Positions 18,123 to 28,125 of a stretch of 64,000 bases of DNA are shown here, piece by piece. Location of the stretch: IMG/VR virus record IMGVR_UViG_3300033066_002300, positions 1-64,000 of that record; one strand, given 5' to 3'. The notes under the pieces are model-generated. The model ran no database searches, was not told where the DNA came from, and worked only from the letters and a program-made list of their open reading frames with translations. Positions within the stretch are counted from its first letter, which is position 1, and each line of letters begins with the position of its first letter. The position numbers and the translations under genes are program-made. The stretch is from a virus (lineage: Duplodnaviria > Caudoviricetes).

Positions 18123-18527
18123 TTAGAAAGGCAAGTCATCATCATCCGATACAGATGAATGGAAAGTCGGATTAGCTGAAGCTGCTGGAGCACCTGTAGA
18201 TGCTGCTGCTGGCGCTGCTGTAGCCGATTTAGATGGTGCTGAAGTTTGAGCTCCAGAACCTTCAATTTTCCAAGCTTCTAAAGTGTTGAAATACTTTACG
18301 CCTTGTGGACCACTCCACTCACGACCTCTTAAGTTAAAGTGAACTTTTAGCTCGCTACCAATTGCATGTTGGTCTAAAATTCCACATTTGTCTTGTGTTA
18401 ATTGAAAAGACACGTGCTGAGGATACGGAGTTGTATGGTCAGTTGTTAATACAAATTCACGCTTTTGAAATTTGTCAGATACTTTCTGTGTATCTTCTTT
18501 TGTTTTTAGGATTCCTGTGATTTCCAT
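18123..18527 (-). CDS. DUF3127 family OB-fold SSB-like protein (Bacteroidota)
   Basis: KREFV...YPQ...F..RGREW...YFN.L.AWKI; acidic DDDDLPF tail. Confidence 0.88.
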   Translation of the reverse strand: MEITGILKTKEDTQKVSDKFQKREFVLTTDHTTPYPQHVSFQLTQDKCGILDQHAIGSELKVHFNLRGREWSGPQGVKYFNTLEAWKIEGSGAQTSAPSKSATAAPAAASTGAPAASANPTFHSSVSDDDDLPF

Positions 18528-18563
18528 TGTTTTGTTGTTTTTGTTTTTATTTGTTTCTGTTTA

Positions 18564-19697
18564 TTAAATTACTATTGAACCTACCTCAGTTTCTTCGTCT
18601 CCTGGCAAGTGGTAGTTCTTATCAGAATCTGCAGCAAGAATAATCATACCATGAGATTCAATTCCTGCAATTGGTCTTGGAGGTAAGTTTAAGATGAAGG
18701 GAAATTTCTTGTTTAAGATTTTATCCTCTGATATTTGATGAGCAATGGCACTTACAACCACTCTCTTGTCTACTCCTGTATTAATCTCAAGTTTATAAAG
18801 CTTATCTTTACCTTGAACTTTTTCTACAGACTCAATTTTACAAATACGAATATCCATCTTCATCAATTCGTCGAATTGAACTGTTTCTTTTATAGGAGCA
18901 AACTTACTCTCTTTTTTTTCTTCTTGTTTCTCTACTTCCATAATATCAATTTTTGTTATGTTTTTATTTTCATCAATTAAAAATGCTTGTGGCCTATTTT
19001 GTAACTGATACCTTACATTTAAGACACTTGCATTCACATAGTGAATTCCATTAATCAGTTCATGTCCAGCATCTTCATGTATGTGCCCAAAAACAACCAA
19101 CTTCAACTGTTGCAATTCCTGAATTCTATCTCTTAAATCTTTGCACCCTACATTTTCACCTCTTAATGTCATATCTAATATTCCATAAGGAGGACCATGT
19201 GTAACCAATATATCAGTATCTTCTGGAATAGCATCCCAATATTTTCTTATGTCTGGTCCACGTTGAACATTGAAAGCCCAACTATGAAACCATGGCTGTC
19301 TTGGTTCTCCATAAATTTTTATTCCTTCTATTTCAACAGAAGAACTTTCAAGATAAATTATATCTTTATGTTGTTCCAAGAGTTCTTTTGCAATCATTCT
19401 TTGTCTTTCAAACAAAAAATCATGATTACCTGCAATTAATATTTTATATTTAGCCTTTATTCCACTAAGCCATTCAAGAAATTGTCTTATTTCAAATTCA
19501 GTACCGTGCATTGATGAATCTCCAGCATGGATAAATAAGTCAATATCACTTGGCAAATAAACACTATGATTATATCCATTAACAATACCTGCAACATGTT
19601 CAAATGTTTCAATATTATCAATTATCTCATCATCTTGAAGCTGATAAATACCTCCATGACGAGAATGAGAATCTGATATTGTTATTACTTTAATCAT
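18564..19697 (-). CDS. calcineurin-like metallophosphoesterase fused to tRNA-binding (Trbp111/MetRS-C/CsaA) domain
   Basis: SDSH, HAGD, AGNHD, THGPP, FGHIHE; DIRICKI...DKLY...NLPPR.IAGIESHGMI. Confidence 0.85.
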   Translation of the reverse strand: MIKVITISDSHSRHGGIYQLQDDEIIDNIETFEHVAGIVNGYNHSVYLPSDIDLFIHAGDSSMHGTEFEIRQFLEWLSGIKAKYKILIAGNHDFLFERQRMIAKELLEQHKDIIYLESSSVEIEGIKIYGEPRQPWFHSWAFNVQRGPDIRKYWDAIPEDTDILVTHGPPYGILDMTLRGENVGCKDLRDRIQELQQLKLVVFGHIHEDAGHELINGIHYVNASVLNVRYQLQNRPQAFLIDENKNITKIDIMEVEKQEEKKESKFAPIKETVQFDELMKMDIRICKIESVEKVQGKDKLYKLEINTGVDKRVVVSAIAHQISEDKILNKKFPFILNLPPRPIAGIESHGMIILAADSDKNYHLPGDEETEVGSIVI

Positions 19698-20376
19698 TTT
19701 TTTTTGTTTCTTGTTCTTTAATCCAAGATAAACACTCTACATATGAACCTGCATAAGTAAAGCTTTTATCTAATAAACCATGAGTTTTAAGAAATACCAA
19801 ATCGTTTATTTTATTTTTTGGATGAATTTGATACTTCTTCAAAATATCTACTTCATATTCATCTATAAAAACAATACATTCTGCTCCACTAACAGCTTCA
19901 ATTGTTGGTAATTCTTTTGCAATGTAATAATAACCTGAGCCTTCTTGTATTTTTTCACATGCTCTGTAACCACTTGAAGATATATGCTCATACTCTTTAT
20001 CACACATTAAGTAAACAGTATCAATATGCTTCTTTCTATCTTCTAAATATCTCATTCTATTAACCTCATAATCAAGGTCAACTCCATTTCTTAATCCTCT
20101 TACTACAACTACTTCAAACCCTTCTTTTTCTTTTGTATAAATATAGTCAGTCAAAAAGCCTGTAAATGTATCTACATTTTTACTTGGAAGATTAAATTTA
20201 ATTGTAGCAACTCTATCAACAGTTGTTTTTTCTTTTTCTGGATTATCTCCTACTAAAATAATAACATTTTTTTCGCCAAATATTCGTTCAGCTTTTTCAA
20301 GAATATTTAAATGTCCAATTGTAAATGGATTAAATGTTCCTGGATATATTGCTATTTTTTTCTTAGAGTTTTCCAT
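19690..20376 (-). CDS. coaD: phosphopantetheine adenylyltransferase
   Basis: AIYPGTFNPFTIGH, VRGLRN..D.DYE, HISSS. Confidence 0.85.
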   Translation of the reverse strand: MENSKKKIAIYPGTFNPFTIGHLNILEKAERIFGEKNVIILVGDNPEKEKTTVDRVATIKFNLPSKNVDTFTGFLTDYIYTKEKEGFEVVVVRGLRNGVDLDYEVNRMRYLEDRKKHIDTVYLMCDKEYEHISSSGYRACEKIQEGSGYYYIAKELPTIEAVSGAECIVFIDEYEVDILKKYQIHPKNKINDLVFLKTHGLLDKSFTYAGSYVECLSWIKEQETKKND

Positions 20377-20377
20377 A

Positions 20378-21133
20378 TTACTTCTTCTTAACGATTTGAA
20401 TTACATTATCAATTGCTCCATAATCTCTAGCCTCTGCAGCAGTCATCCAATAATCTCTATCGCAATCTGCATAAATTTTATCATATTTTTGACCTGTATT
20501 ATCAGCAATAATTTCGTACAATTCTTTCTTTAATAATTTAATTTGATTTGCTGTGATTTCAATATCAGATGCTTGACCTTCTGCTCCACCAAGAGGTTGA
20601 TGTTGCATTAATCTTGAGTGTTTTAAAGCTGAACGTTTGCCTTTTGTTCCTGAAGTTGCCAATACAAATCCCATAGATGCTGCCATACCAGTTACAGTTG
20701 TTGCTACATCTGGTCTAATTAAATTCATTGTATCATAAATCGCAAGACCATCATAAACACTTCCCCCAGGAGTATTTAAATAAATCGTAGCATCTTTCTT
20801 AGGGTCTGCAGATTCCAAAAATAAAAGTTGAGCGATAATAATATTTGCTACTTGTGAATCTATTCCCATTCCAAGAAATATAATTCTATCCATCATCAAA
20901 CGACTGAATACATCTACTTGAGCTACATTCATTTGTCTTTCTTCCATAATATAAGGAGTCATTCCAACTGGCATTTGCATTTGAGGCATTACACCAATCA
21001 TACTTGTAATAATAGGTACTCTATTTTGCATATATACATTATTGTATTTAGCATAACCTTCTAAGGTTAGTCTATTCATACCCAAATGTTTTACTGCATA
21101 ATTTTGAAATTCTTTGCTGCTGTCTTGTTTCAT
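20378..21133 (-). CDS. clpP: ATP-dependent Clp protease proteolytic subunit
   Basis: DVFSRLMMDRIIFLG, YLNTPGGSV, GMAASMG, MQHQP, DRDYWM. Confidence 0.96.
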   Translation of the reverse strand: MKQDSSKEFQNYAVKHLGMNRLTLEGYAKYNNVYMQNRVPIITSMIGVMPQMQMPVGMTPYIMEERQMNVAQVDVFSRLMMDRIIFLGMGIDSQVANIIIAQLLFLESADPKKDATIYLNTPGGSVYDGLAIYDTMNLIRPDVATTVTGMAASMGFVLATSGTKGKRSALKHSRLMQHQPLGGAEGQASDIEITANQIKLLKKELYEIIADNTGQKYDKIYADCDRDYWMTAAEARDYGAIDNVIQIVKKK

Positions 21134-21142
21134 AAACGGTTT

Positions 21143-21367
21143 TTATTTTATTGTTACTTTTTTTATTTCTTCATCCCAAATGATTTCCTCTGCTTCACAA
21201 GAAATGTGATGCTTTATACCTACACCTTCTATCTCATCCTTAGTAGAATAAGTAGGCACTTCAATAACTATATCGGAAGCGAGGTGCTCAATACCATCAA
21301 TTAAAACTCTCCAGTATAAAAAGTCATCATCGACTGCTGTATTATAGCGTATTTTTACATTAAACAT
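21143..21367 (-). CDS. hypothetical protein
   Basis: ORF downstream of a host-type promoter. Confidence 0.6.
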   Translation of the reverse strand: MFNVKIRYNTAVDDDFLYWRVLIDGIEHLASDIVIEVPTYSTKDEIEGVGIKHHISCEAEEIIWDEEIKKVTIK

Positions 21368-21383
21368 AAATTGTATATTTTGT

Positions 21384-22082
21384 TTAGCAAATATACGAAT
21401 TTATTTCATTCTGCAAATTTTTTCTTGCTTTTTTTTCTATTTTTTTAAATTCTTTTGTTAGATAAATTTTCTTTGAATTTAAAAAATGTTCTAACACCTT
21501 GATTCTGCCCTCTTTATATTCTTTATCAGAATACATACTATATTCCTTACGTACTCCATCTTTATACCAGTCATAAGTAGATTGATGCCTAGTACCAAGA
21601 ATTTCTAAATCAAAATCAACTAAATATCTAACATCTTGATTATTTTCTAACATTGTTTGAGAAAAATCACTACCATGCTTTGTAGCTAAAATAGCCATTG
21701 CAATTGTAGCACATTCAAGCGTCTTTAATTTATAATTGTTCTTCTGAATAATTGTAAAAACTTTATTTAAAAAATACATAGAACTTTGGTATTCATTATC
21801 TCTTTTTTTAGGATTATAAATAATATCATGATAGATAGCAGCAACAAACATTTCATCAGGCTTAGCCAAGAGATGCTTATGAGAATCCCACATACTAATA
21901 ACTCCATATAAATGATGCATAGTATGATAGTGTCTGGATTTATCAGAATAACATTCAACCACATCTTTAAAGAGATTGTCAATTACTCTTTTAGATTTAA
22001 CATATTTTGACATAACATCAAAAAAAAGTTCATATACATATTGTATATGAATCTCTTTATATTTATTTTTTTTATTTTCCAT
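21384..22082 (-). CDS. HD-superfamily metal-dependent phosphohydrolase
   Basis: RHYHT..H, YHDIIY, NEYQS, D.DL.ILG, VRKEY. Confidence 0.85.
   Translation of the reverse strand: MENKKNKYKEIHIQYVYELFFDVMSKYVKSKRVIDNLFKDVVECYSDKSRHYHTMHHLYGVISMWDSHKHLLAKPDEMFVAAIYHDIIYNPKKRDNEYQSSMYFLNKVFTIIQKNNYKLKTLECATIAMAILATKHGSDFSQTMLENNQDVRYLVDFDLEILGTRHQSTYDWYKDGVRKEYSMYSDKEYKEGRIKVLEHFLNSKKIYLTKEFKKIEKKARKNLQNEINSYIC
21388..21417 (-). promoter_or_regulatory. Bacteroidota housekeeping-type promoter TTTG-N18-TATATTTG
   Basis: matches -33/-7 consensus. Confidence 0.5.
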
Positions 22083-22782
22083 AATCTTGATTAATTAAAA
22101 TTAAATCTTTTTCATAAAGTTTATGAAGCTGTTTAGCATGCTCAATTTGTGAATTAAAAATTGGAATTGGATTTTTATCCTTATCTAAAATTAATTTACC
22201 ATCATTATTCATCTTATAATTTTGACTTAAAACTCCAAATGTCATATGCAATCCGAAGAAAGGCTTTACTAAACCTATCTCAGCTCGGATTGCATGGAGT
22301 TCTTCTCTAAATTTATGGTCAACAATTAACCACCAATGGTAAGTATGAGAAACTTTTTGAATTTTTCCTTCTGCTAATTCTTCATCGGTTAATATTCTTG
22401 GAATATCATTTTTCCAATTAGAATCTAAATCATAAAAAGGCCTTAAATTAAATGTTACTTCAATTTTTTTACCATTCCATTTTTCTTTAAGAGCATTCCA
22501 TTTCGCTTCTTTTTCTTCTAAAGTTCCATTTTCACCATCAATTTTGCCTAAAGCATCATTTATAAAAGTAACATGAGCCCCACGTACAGTGCTAAGTAAT
22601 TCAAGATTAAATCTAGTTTTATAAAACCATCTATAATATCTTTCTACTTCTCCATCAAAAACAACCATTGCAACTCTTTTCCAAGAAGATTGCAATTCTT
22701 GTTTTCTAGTTCTATGTTCTGGTTCAAACTCGATTTTACCTTTTAAAGTAATAGTAAATATTTCTTTTCTATTTTCAGACAT
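22072..22782 (-). CDS. 2H phosphoesterase-like protein
   Basis: two HxT motifs: GAHVTFI and GLHMTFG. Confidence 0.65.
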   Translation of the reverse strand: MSENRKEIFTITLKGKIEFEPEHRTRKQELQSSWKRVAMVVFDGEVERYYRWFYKTRFNLELLSTVRGAHVTFINDALGKIDGENGTLEEKEAKWNALKEKWNGKKIEVTFNLRPFYDLDSNWKNDIPRILTDEELAEGKIQKVSHTYHWWLIVDHKFREELHAIRAEIGLVKPFFGLHMTFGVLSQNYKMNNDGKLILDKDKNPIPIFNSQIEHAKQLHKLYEKDLILINQDYGK

Positions 22783-22788
22783 AGAAAA

Positions 22789-23229
22789 TTAAGCAGTGAT
22801 TTTACCAAGTTCTTCTTTAACGATTGTTGATACTAATTTTCCATCAGCCTTACCATCGTATTTTGCTTTAAAACCGCTCATAACCTTACCCATTTCAGCA
22901 GGAGTCTTTGCTCCAGTTTCAGAAATAACTTCAGCTACAGCTACTCTAACTTGTTCCTCAGACATTTGTTGTGGTAAATAAGAATCTACTACGCCCAATT
23001 CTTCTTTAGCCTCTGCAGAATCTGTTTTTTCAATTACTTCAGCAATACCCTTACGAACTGATTTTAATACAGCCATAATTTCCTTATCTCCAACTTGTGG
23101 ATTACCAGGTTTTTGTTCTTCAGCTGTAATAGCAGCCTTAATTACACCTAACAAGTTTTTTTTAACTGTTTCTTTAGCTTTAAATGCAGCAATATAATCT
23201 GCATTAATTTTTTCTTTTAAATTTTCCAC
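22789..23229 (-). CDS. yqeY: GatB/YqeY domain protein
   Basis: LKEKI..D...AFKAK, YLPQQMSEE, MGKVM, GKADGKLVS. Confidence 0.9.
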   Translation of the reverse strand: MENLKEKINADYIAAFKAKETVKKNLLGVIKAAITAEEQKPGNPQVGDKEIMAVLKSVRKGIAEVIEKTDSAEAKEELGVVDSYLPQQMSEEQVRVAVAEVISETGAKTPAEMGKVMSGFKAKYDGKADGKLVSTIVKEELGKITA

Positions 23230-23264
23230 GTTTTTATTTTTTAGTTTTACAAATTTACAATTTT

Positions 23265-23501
23265 TTATTCATCATTCCAACACTGACATCCAGTTTCATC
23301 TTGAAAACAAGATTTACAAGAACTAGCAATAATTTCAATTACTCGTCTTTTCTCTTCTGAATTCAAATTAGGTACCAGTTCGTCCATTTTTTGCCACACA
23401 TATGAATAATCTTTTTTAGCCTGTTCTTTTGTAATAGAAGAAGGCATTTTTTCATAATGCGGCAGCTTTCGTTTCTGAGTATTGACCTTTTTGTTAATCA
23501 T
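23265..23501 (-). CDS. hypothetical protein with Cys-rich C-terminus
   Basis: CKSC...CQCWNDE. Confidence 0.55.
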   Translation of the reverse strand: MINKKVNTQKRKLPHYEKMPSSITKEQAKKDYSYVWQKMDELVPNLNSEEKRRVIEIIASSCKSCFQDETGCQCWNDE

Positions 23502-24136
23502 TTTTTTAATGTTTGAAAACCTTTTTCTATATTACTTAAATATAGACGCATATCCATTGGTTCATACTCTTTAACAAAGAAAAGCTTTTGTTTATTTGTG
23601 AGCTTATAAAAACTTTCATCTATATTATGAATAACATACATATTATCAATAATTAAAGCACCAAATGCATTTTTACCTCTAAGTGTCAACTTATACACAT
23701 TTACTTTAATTGAATCTTCAGATGTGTATTTTTTATAATAATTAATAAGTTTTTTACAACTATCAATTTCAGCTCCAATATTCATTAATTCGATTTTACT
23801 GGAAACTATTAAAGAATCATCCGTTTTTTCGCCTAATTCTTTCATAGTATTATTAATTTCTGTCATATCTTTAATTATATCTGTAAAAACTTTAATAGAT
23901 TTTTCGCTTAATTTTATATGATTTTCACATATTCTACTTTCATTAAAGCTATCTATTAAAGTAAAGGACACCATTTGATATGATGATGAATCATGTAATG
24001 TTTTAAATAAAAATTTTTCTGTTTGTGATAAAACACTGTTTTTTTGTTTTTCTTTAGCACTCATTTCACTTTCTTGACTTTTACAAGCACTTAAACTTAA
24101 ACTAATAATTGTAATTAATAATGTTATTTTTTTCAT
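23498..24136 (-). CDS. putative lipoprotein
   Basis: lipobox LSAC; RGKNAFGA motif. Confidence 0.65.
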   Translation of the reverse strand: MKKITLLITIISLSLSACKSQESEMSAKEKQKNSVLSQTEKFLFKTLHDSSSYQMVSFTLIDSFNESRICENHIKLSEKSIKVFTDIIKDMTEINNTMKELGEKTDDSLIVSSKIELMNIGAEIDSCKKLINYYKKYTSEDSIKVNVYKLTLRGKNAFGALIIDNMYVIHNIDESFYKLTNKQKLFFVKEYEPMDMRLYLSNIEKGFQTLKK

Positions 24137-24167
24137 TTTCGGTTTTATTTTTAATTATTATACAATT

Positions 24168-24196
24168 TTATACGAAAAATTCATAAAAAAGTTTCA
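24168..24196 (-). promoter_or_regulatory. ECF-sigma-like promoter TGAAAC-N16-CGTATAA
   Basis: exact consensus. Confidence 0.75.
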
Positions 24197-24243
24197 ATTT
24201 TTATTTTTTCTTTCTATTTATAAATGTACAAACAAATTATAAC

Positions 24244-24414
24244 ATGTCAAAACAAAAAGAAGAAACAATTACAATTAGAATTGATACAGTCTTAAAAGAA
24301 AAATATAAAAAATTCTGCGATGAAAATGGTCTTTCTCTTTCTAAAAGAATTAGAATGTTTATAGAAACTGAATTAAAACAAAATTTTAAAAAAGTAAAAA
24401 ATGATTGTAAATAA
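24244..24414 (+). CDS. small ribbon-helix-helix protein (56 aa, not in track)
   Basis: TITIRIDTVLKEKYKKFCDENGLSLSKRIRMFIE; TATTTAT upstream. Confidence 0.7.
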   Translation: MSKQKEETITIRIDTVLKEKYKKFCDENGLSLSKRIRMFIETELKQNFKKVKNDCK

Positions 24415-25354
24415 GATTATAACTATTACCATTAGTTCTAAAACACTTTCTTATTATAAAAGTATAGGCTATAGAGTTGTGTGTAATGATATAATTTTAA
24501 TTCCTTATCAAGATTTACCAAAAGGTAGTGCTATAAAAATAGACTATGAATGTGATTTGTGCAAATCTATATACAACATTAAATATTATAATTACATTAT
24601 AAATGTAAATAAAAACAATGGAATGTCAATTTGCAAAAAATGCTCTGAGCTAAAAAAAGAAAAAACGGTATTAGAAAAATATGGAGTTAAAAATATTTCA
24701 CAAGCAAAAGAAATTAAAACAAAAAAGGAAGAAACTTTTTTGAAAAATTTTAAAGTTAAAAATATTTTTCAAAACAAATCTTTTATTGAGCAAAAACTAT
24801 TAGAAAAATTCAATGTAATTAATCCATCGCAATTAAATTGGGTTCAAGACAAAATAAAACAAACAAATTTAGAAAAATTTGGAGTTGAATACTCACTTCA
24901 AAGCAAAGAAGTTAAAGAAAGAAGCAAGAGTACCAATTTATTAAAATATGGCACAGAATATTCTTGCCAAAGTAATATTATAAAAGAAAAAATATTAAAT
25001 ACAAAAATAAGAAATGGCAATGCGATAGACCCTGTTTTTTTATCTGAATTTAACATTTATAGAAAAGAAGTAGATAATATTACTAAAAAATCTAAAAAAG
25101 AATTATTTAATAATTGGAATGGATATGACTTTTATGATAATGAATATATTAAAGAAAATTTAAATTTACATTACAATTCTCCTATATATCCTACAATTGA
25201 CCATAAAAAAAGTATTTATTACGGATTCCAAAATAATATTCCCGCTAAAGAAATAGGAAATCTATCAAATTTATGCATTACTAAACGTCAAATTAATATT
25301 AAGAAAAACAAAAAAACAGAAATAGAATTTCTATCAAATTATCCATTTTGCTAA
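24401..25354 (+). CDS. HNH-type homing endonuclease with KYGV repeats and Zn fingers
   Basis: CDLC..CKKC; T.LEK[YF]GV repeats; TIDHKKS...NL.ITKR.IN..K. Confidence 0.75.
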   Translation: MIVNKIITITISSKTLSYYKSIGYRVVCNDIILIPYQDLPKGSAIKIDYECDLCKSIYNIKYYNYIINVNKNNGMSICKKCSELKKEKTVLEKYGVKNISQAKEIKTKKEETFLKNFKVKNIFQNKSFIEQKLLEKFNVINPSQLNWVQDKIKQTNLEKFGVEYSLQSKEVKERSKSTNLLKYGTEYSCQSNIIKEKILNTKIRNGNAIDPVFLSEFNIYRKEVDNITKKSKKELFNNWNGYDFYDNEYIKENLNLHYNSPIYPTIDHKKSIYYGFQNNIPAKEIGNLSNLCITKRQINIKKNKKTEIEFLSNYPFC

Positions 25355-26332
25355 TTCTCCATCTATTTTAAACATCAAATCCCTTTCATCTATCGGCTTA
25401 GCTAAAATATGTTTCTTAAAGTACATATAAAACTTGTGTGAAGCTATTCCATGCAATGTCTTATAATCCTCCTCAAAAACCCATCTTCCTGCAGCCGTAT
25501 CAATAAATCCACGAGACCCAATAGAAGGAGTAAAAATATCTAAATGGTATATTGTCTTAACAAAAGTATCTTTCTTAATCTTTTCAAGTGTGAATATTGT
25601 TAACCCCAATGGCATTTTAATAACATTATCAAGCATCTTATCGAGATTAATTTTGAGTTTATTTTGAACTGTTGATGCTTTTTCTACTTTCAAAATAACT
25701 TCATCATGTGAAATAAACACAAAGTCTTCTTCAACAAAGTTTAATTCTTTTTTCAAGTGCTCAACTAATTTTAATGTTTGAACATGCTGAAATGTTTGAA
25801 GTCTCTTTGGGTTTGTATTTCCAAAAACTATTTGTCTAAAAGACTTTGATTTAACAAGACACTCATGAATATTAAATCTTGAACACAAATCCTCCCAGTC
25901 TGTACCCAATTCATCTTCTCCAGGATTTTGAAACATCTTTAAAGCACTGTAATTCGCACTCTTAAAGTCAAGAGAAACTAAGTATTGATGAGGCTCTACA
26001 GAGTTTATCAATGTCTTTGTCTCAAGTTTTTGAGTAGGTAATGGCGCCGACAATAAATTTGCATAAGCATTTGTTGATAGAATATAATCCTTTAAAGTAT
26101 CTAAACATTTTTTTTTATACTCTCTAACTGATTTATAACCATTCTTTTCAACGAATTCTTCTAAGCTTAAATACAAAGATAAGTTTGCAGTAAGTTTATT
26201 TGAGTATTCCTTAGATTGTTTAAGAGTATCAATATAATATTCGAACTCAGATTCTACAGGAATAGTCACTTTAAAAAGTTTAGTAAACTCTTCAATATCA
26301 TTTATTCTTTTATTACTAACGTTTGTTTCCAT
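25334..26332 (-). CDS. hypothetical protein with PolA-like palm motifs
   Basis: LVSLDFKSANY (motif A-like) and ISHDEVIL (motif C-like). Confidence 0.45.
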   Translation of the reverse strand: METNVSNKRINDIEEFTKLFKVTIPVESEFEYYIDTLKQSKEYSNKLTANLSLYLSLEEFVEKNGYKSVREYKKKCLDTLKDYILSTNAYANLLSAPLPTQKLETKTLINSVEPHQYLVSLDFKSANYSALKMFQNPGEDELGTDWEDLCSRFNIHECLVKSKSFRQIVFGNTNPKRLQTFQHVQTLKLVEHLKKELNFVEEDFVFISHDEVILKVEKASTVQNKLKINLDKMLDNVIKMPLGLTIFTLEKIKKDTFVKTIYHLDIFTPSIGSRGFIDTAAGRWVFEEDYKTLHGIASHKFYMYFKKHILAKPIDERDLMFKIDGELAKWII

Positions 26333-26333
26333 T

Positions 26334-28049
26334 TTAATTAATTATTTCAAATCCTAATTTTTTAAATAGCTCTTTCAAGCCCACACCTTCTTTCCATTCA
26401 GATACAGGAGTAATATTAATAGCTGCTAATGTATCTTGCCACATTACAATATCAAACTTAATTGGCTCCTGCCAATCTGCGCCTGCCATTATAGTGATAG
26501 AATCTCTATTCCAAGCTAAAACTGAAAATTTATCAATATTCACCTTACATGCAATACCAGTTCTAGCATGTTTAGTTTTAGGCCATCTATTACTATTCCA
26601 AACAAGTCCTGACATTAAAAAGCTTGGGGCATCTTTTTCAAGAATTTCAACAAAATCATGGTCTTGATATTCACACATTTTATCTACAATAGCTTTTGTG
26701 ATAAAGTCTTGTAATTCCGATTTTTCTCCAAATGCTTTAACAATAAAAGGATTAGTTTCTTCAGAATTAACAATAACGCTGTTGAAATGTGCTTTTTCCA
26801 ATAAACTCATAACTCCACTTTGTTGACGATAAAATGTTTTTCTAATTTTAACAAGTAAATTATGAATATATCTTTGAGTTACCTCTTCTGGTAAATCAGA
26901 TGTTTTAAAAGACTCCTTCATTTCTTTTAATAATTCATCTGATGTATCAAATAAGTCTTGTAAAGAAACTTCTCCTCTTCTAATTTTTAATAGTTCAGGA
27001 GCATCAGGTCTTCTAATATTAATCCCTTTGCCCTCTGCTATTTCTTTACCTATCATAATAAGACGCATAAAATGCATCATATTTTTACCATCAATTTTTT
27101 GTCCATGTCCTTGAATTTCTACCCATCTATTTTCATTTCTTTTTTCAAGCCACTCTTGATATTTTTTATAATCATCACAATGTTTTCTATAAGAATCTTT
27201 ATTGTAAGATAAATTACAAAGTGAATTTTTTCTTTCTTCTAAAGGAATATTAGATAATCTAATATCATTTGAATCTTCAAAAGCAATACCTTTATAACCA
27301 AGACCCATTGTAAATCCATTCTCCTTTCTCAGCTTTTTATAAGCCTCACGCTCTTCAAAATCTATAAGCTCAGAAAAACAATTGTGAGCTTCAGCATCGT
27401 AGTATAAAGCGAATAAATCTCTGCAATGACTAACAGATGTTAAAGCACAAAATTTTTGTTCAAGGTTATGTTTATCAAGCCAATAAGCAGCAGGTATAGA
27501 ATCGTAACCTTGAGGGATATAACAAAAGTCAATTGGAGTTTTCTTTGTTACTCTCTGAACTTCCCAATTCATCATTTTCTCTAAACCTTCTGCTTTTGTA
27601 CGCTGTTGTTTAGCATATCCATAAAAAGCATTTTCACATACTTTAGTAACGAATTTTTCTTTATCTTGTAAAAGAATTTGAAAAGCTGGATGTTTAATTA
27701 AAATACAATCTGACGGAGAATAAAGCAACTCTAAAACAGTTGGATTTCCCTTTCTTAAAAGCTCTAAAAATCTACGGATTTCATAACCCATGTAGTCTTT
27801 ATGAATTTTCAGCTGTTCTTTATATTCCATACCAAGAATATCATCTTCAGGCAAAATATATACAAAGGCACGGTCAATATCACTTGTAGGAGTATTAGTT
27901 CCATACGCTTGACTACCAGTTATTGTTTCAAATAAAATATAACCATTATTTTTTAAATAATGATATCTTTCTAAATTTGCTAATTGTTCCTGCTCTTGTT
28001 TTTGAGCAAGTTCATCAAGGTCTTTTTGTATTAATTCTTTTTCTGACAT
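26334..28049 (-). CDS. Pol-beta superfamily nucleotidyltransferase (YcgL/Nuc-transf-like) with C-terminal extension
   Basis: GSQAYGTNTPTSDID, KGNPTVLELL, DGKNMMH..RL, LL.IRRGE; start re-called to MSEKEL. Confidence 0.85.
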   Translation of the reverse strand: MSEKELIQKDLDELAQKQEQEQLANLERYHYLKNNGYILFETITGSQAYGTNTPTSDIDRAFVYILPEDDILGMEYKEQLKIHKDYMGYEIRRFLELLRKGNPTVLELLYSPSDCILIKHPAFQILLQDKEKFVTKVCENAFYGYAKQQRTKAEGLEKMMNWEVQRVTKKTPIDFCYIPQGYDSIPAAYWLDKHNLEQKFCALTSVSHCRDLFALYYDAEAHNCFSELIDFEEREAYKKLRKENGFTMGLGYKGIAFEDSNDIRLSNIPLEERKNSLCNLSYNKDSYRKHCDDYKKYQEWLEKRNENRWVEIQGHGQKIDGKNMMHFMRLIMIGKEIAEGKGINIRRPDAPELLKIRRGEVSLQDLFDTSDELLKEMKESFKTSDLPEEVTQRYIHNLLVKIRKTFYRQQSGVMSLLEKAHFNSVIVNSEETNPFIVKAFGEKSELQDFITKAIVDKMCEYQDHDFVEILEKDAPSFLMSGLVWNSNRWPKTKHARTGIACKVNIDKFSVLAWNRDSITIMAGADWQEPIKFDIVMWQDTLAAINITPVSEWKEGVGLKELFKKLGFEIIN

Positions 28050-28055
28050 GTTTTT

Positions 28056-28084
28056 ATATACGTTTTTTTTTAAAAAAGGTTTCA
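28056..28084 (-). promoter_or_regulatory. ECF-sigma-like promoter TGAAAC-N16-CGTATAT
   Basis: 6 nt before ATG at 28049. Confidence 0.75.
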
Positions 28085-28117
28085 AAAAAAAGAGAGGTAG
28101 TAGCTCCTCTCTTTTTT
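28084..28117. terminator. intrinsic terminator hairpin
   Basis: A-run-agagagg-N8-cctctct-T-run. Confidence 0.7.
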
Positions 28118-28125
28118 AATTTAAA

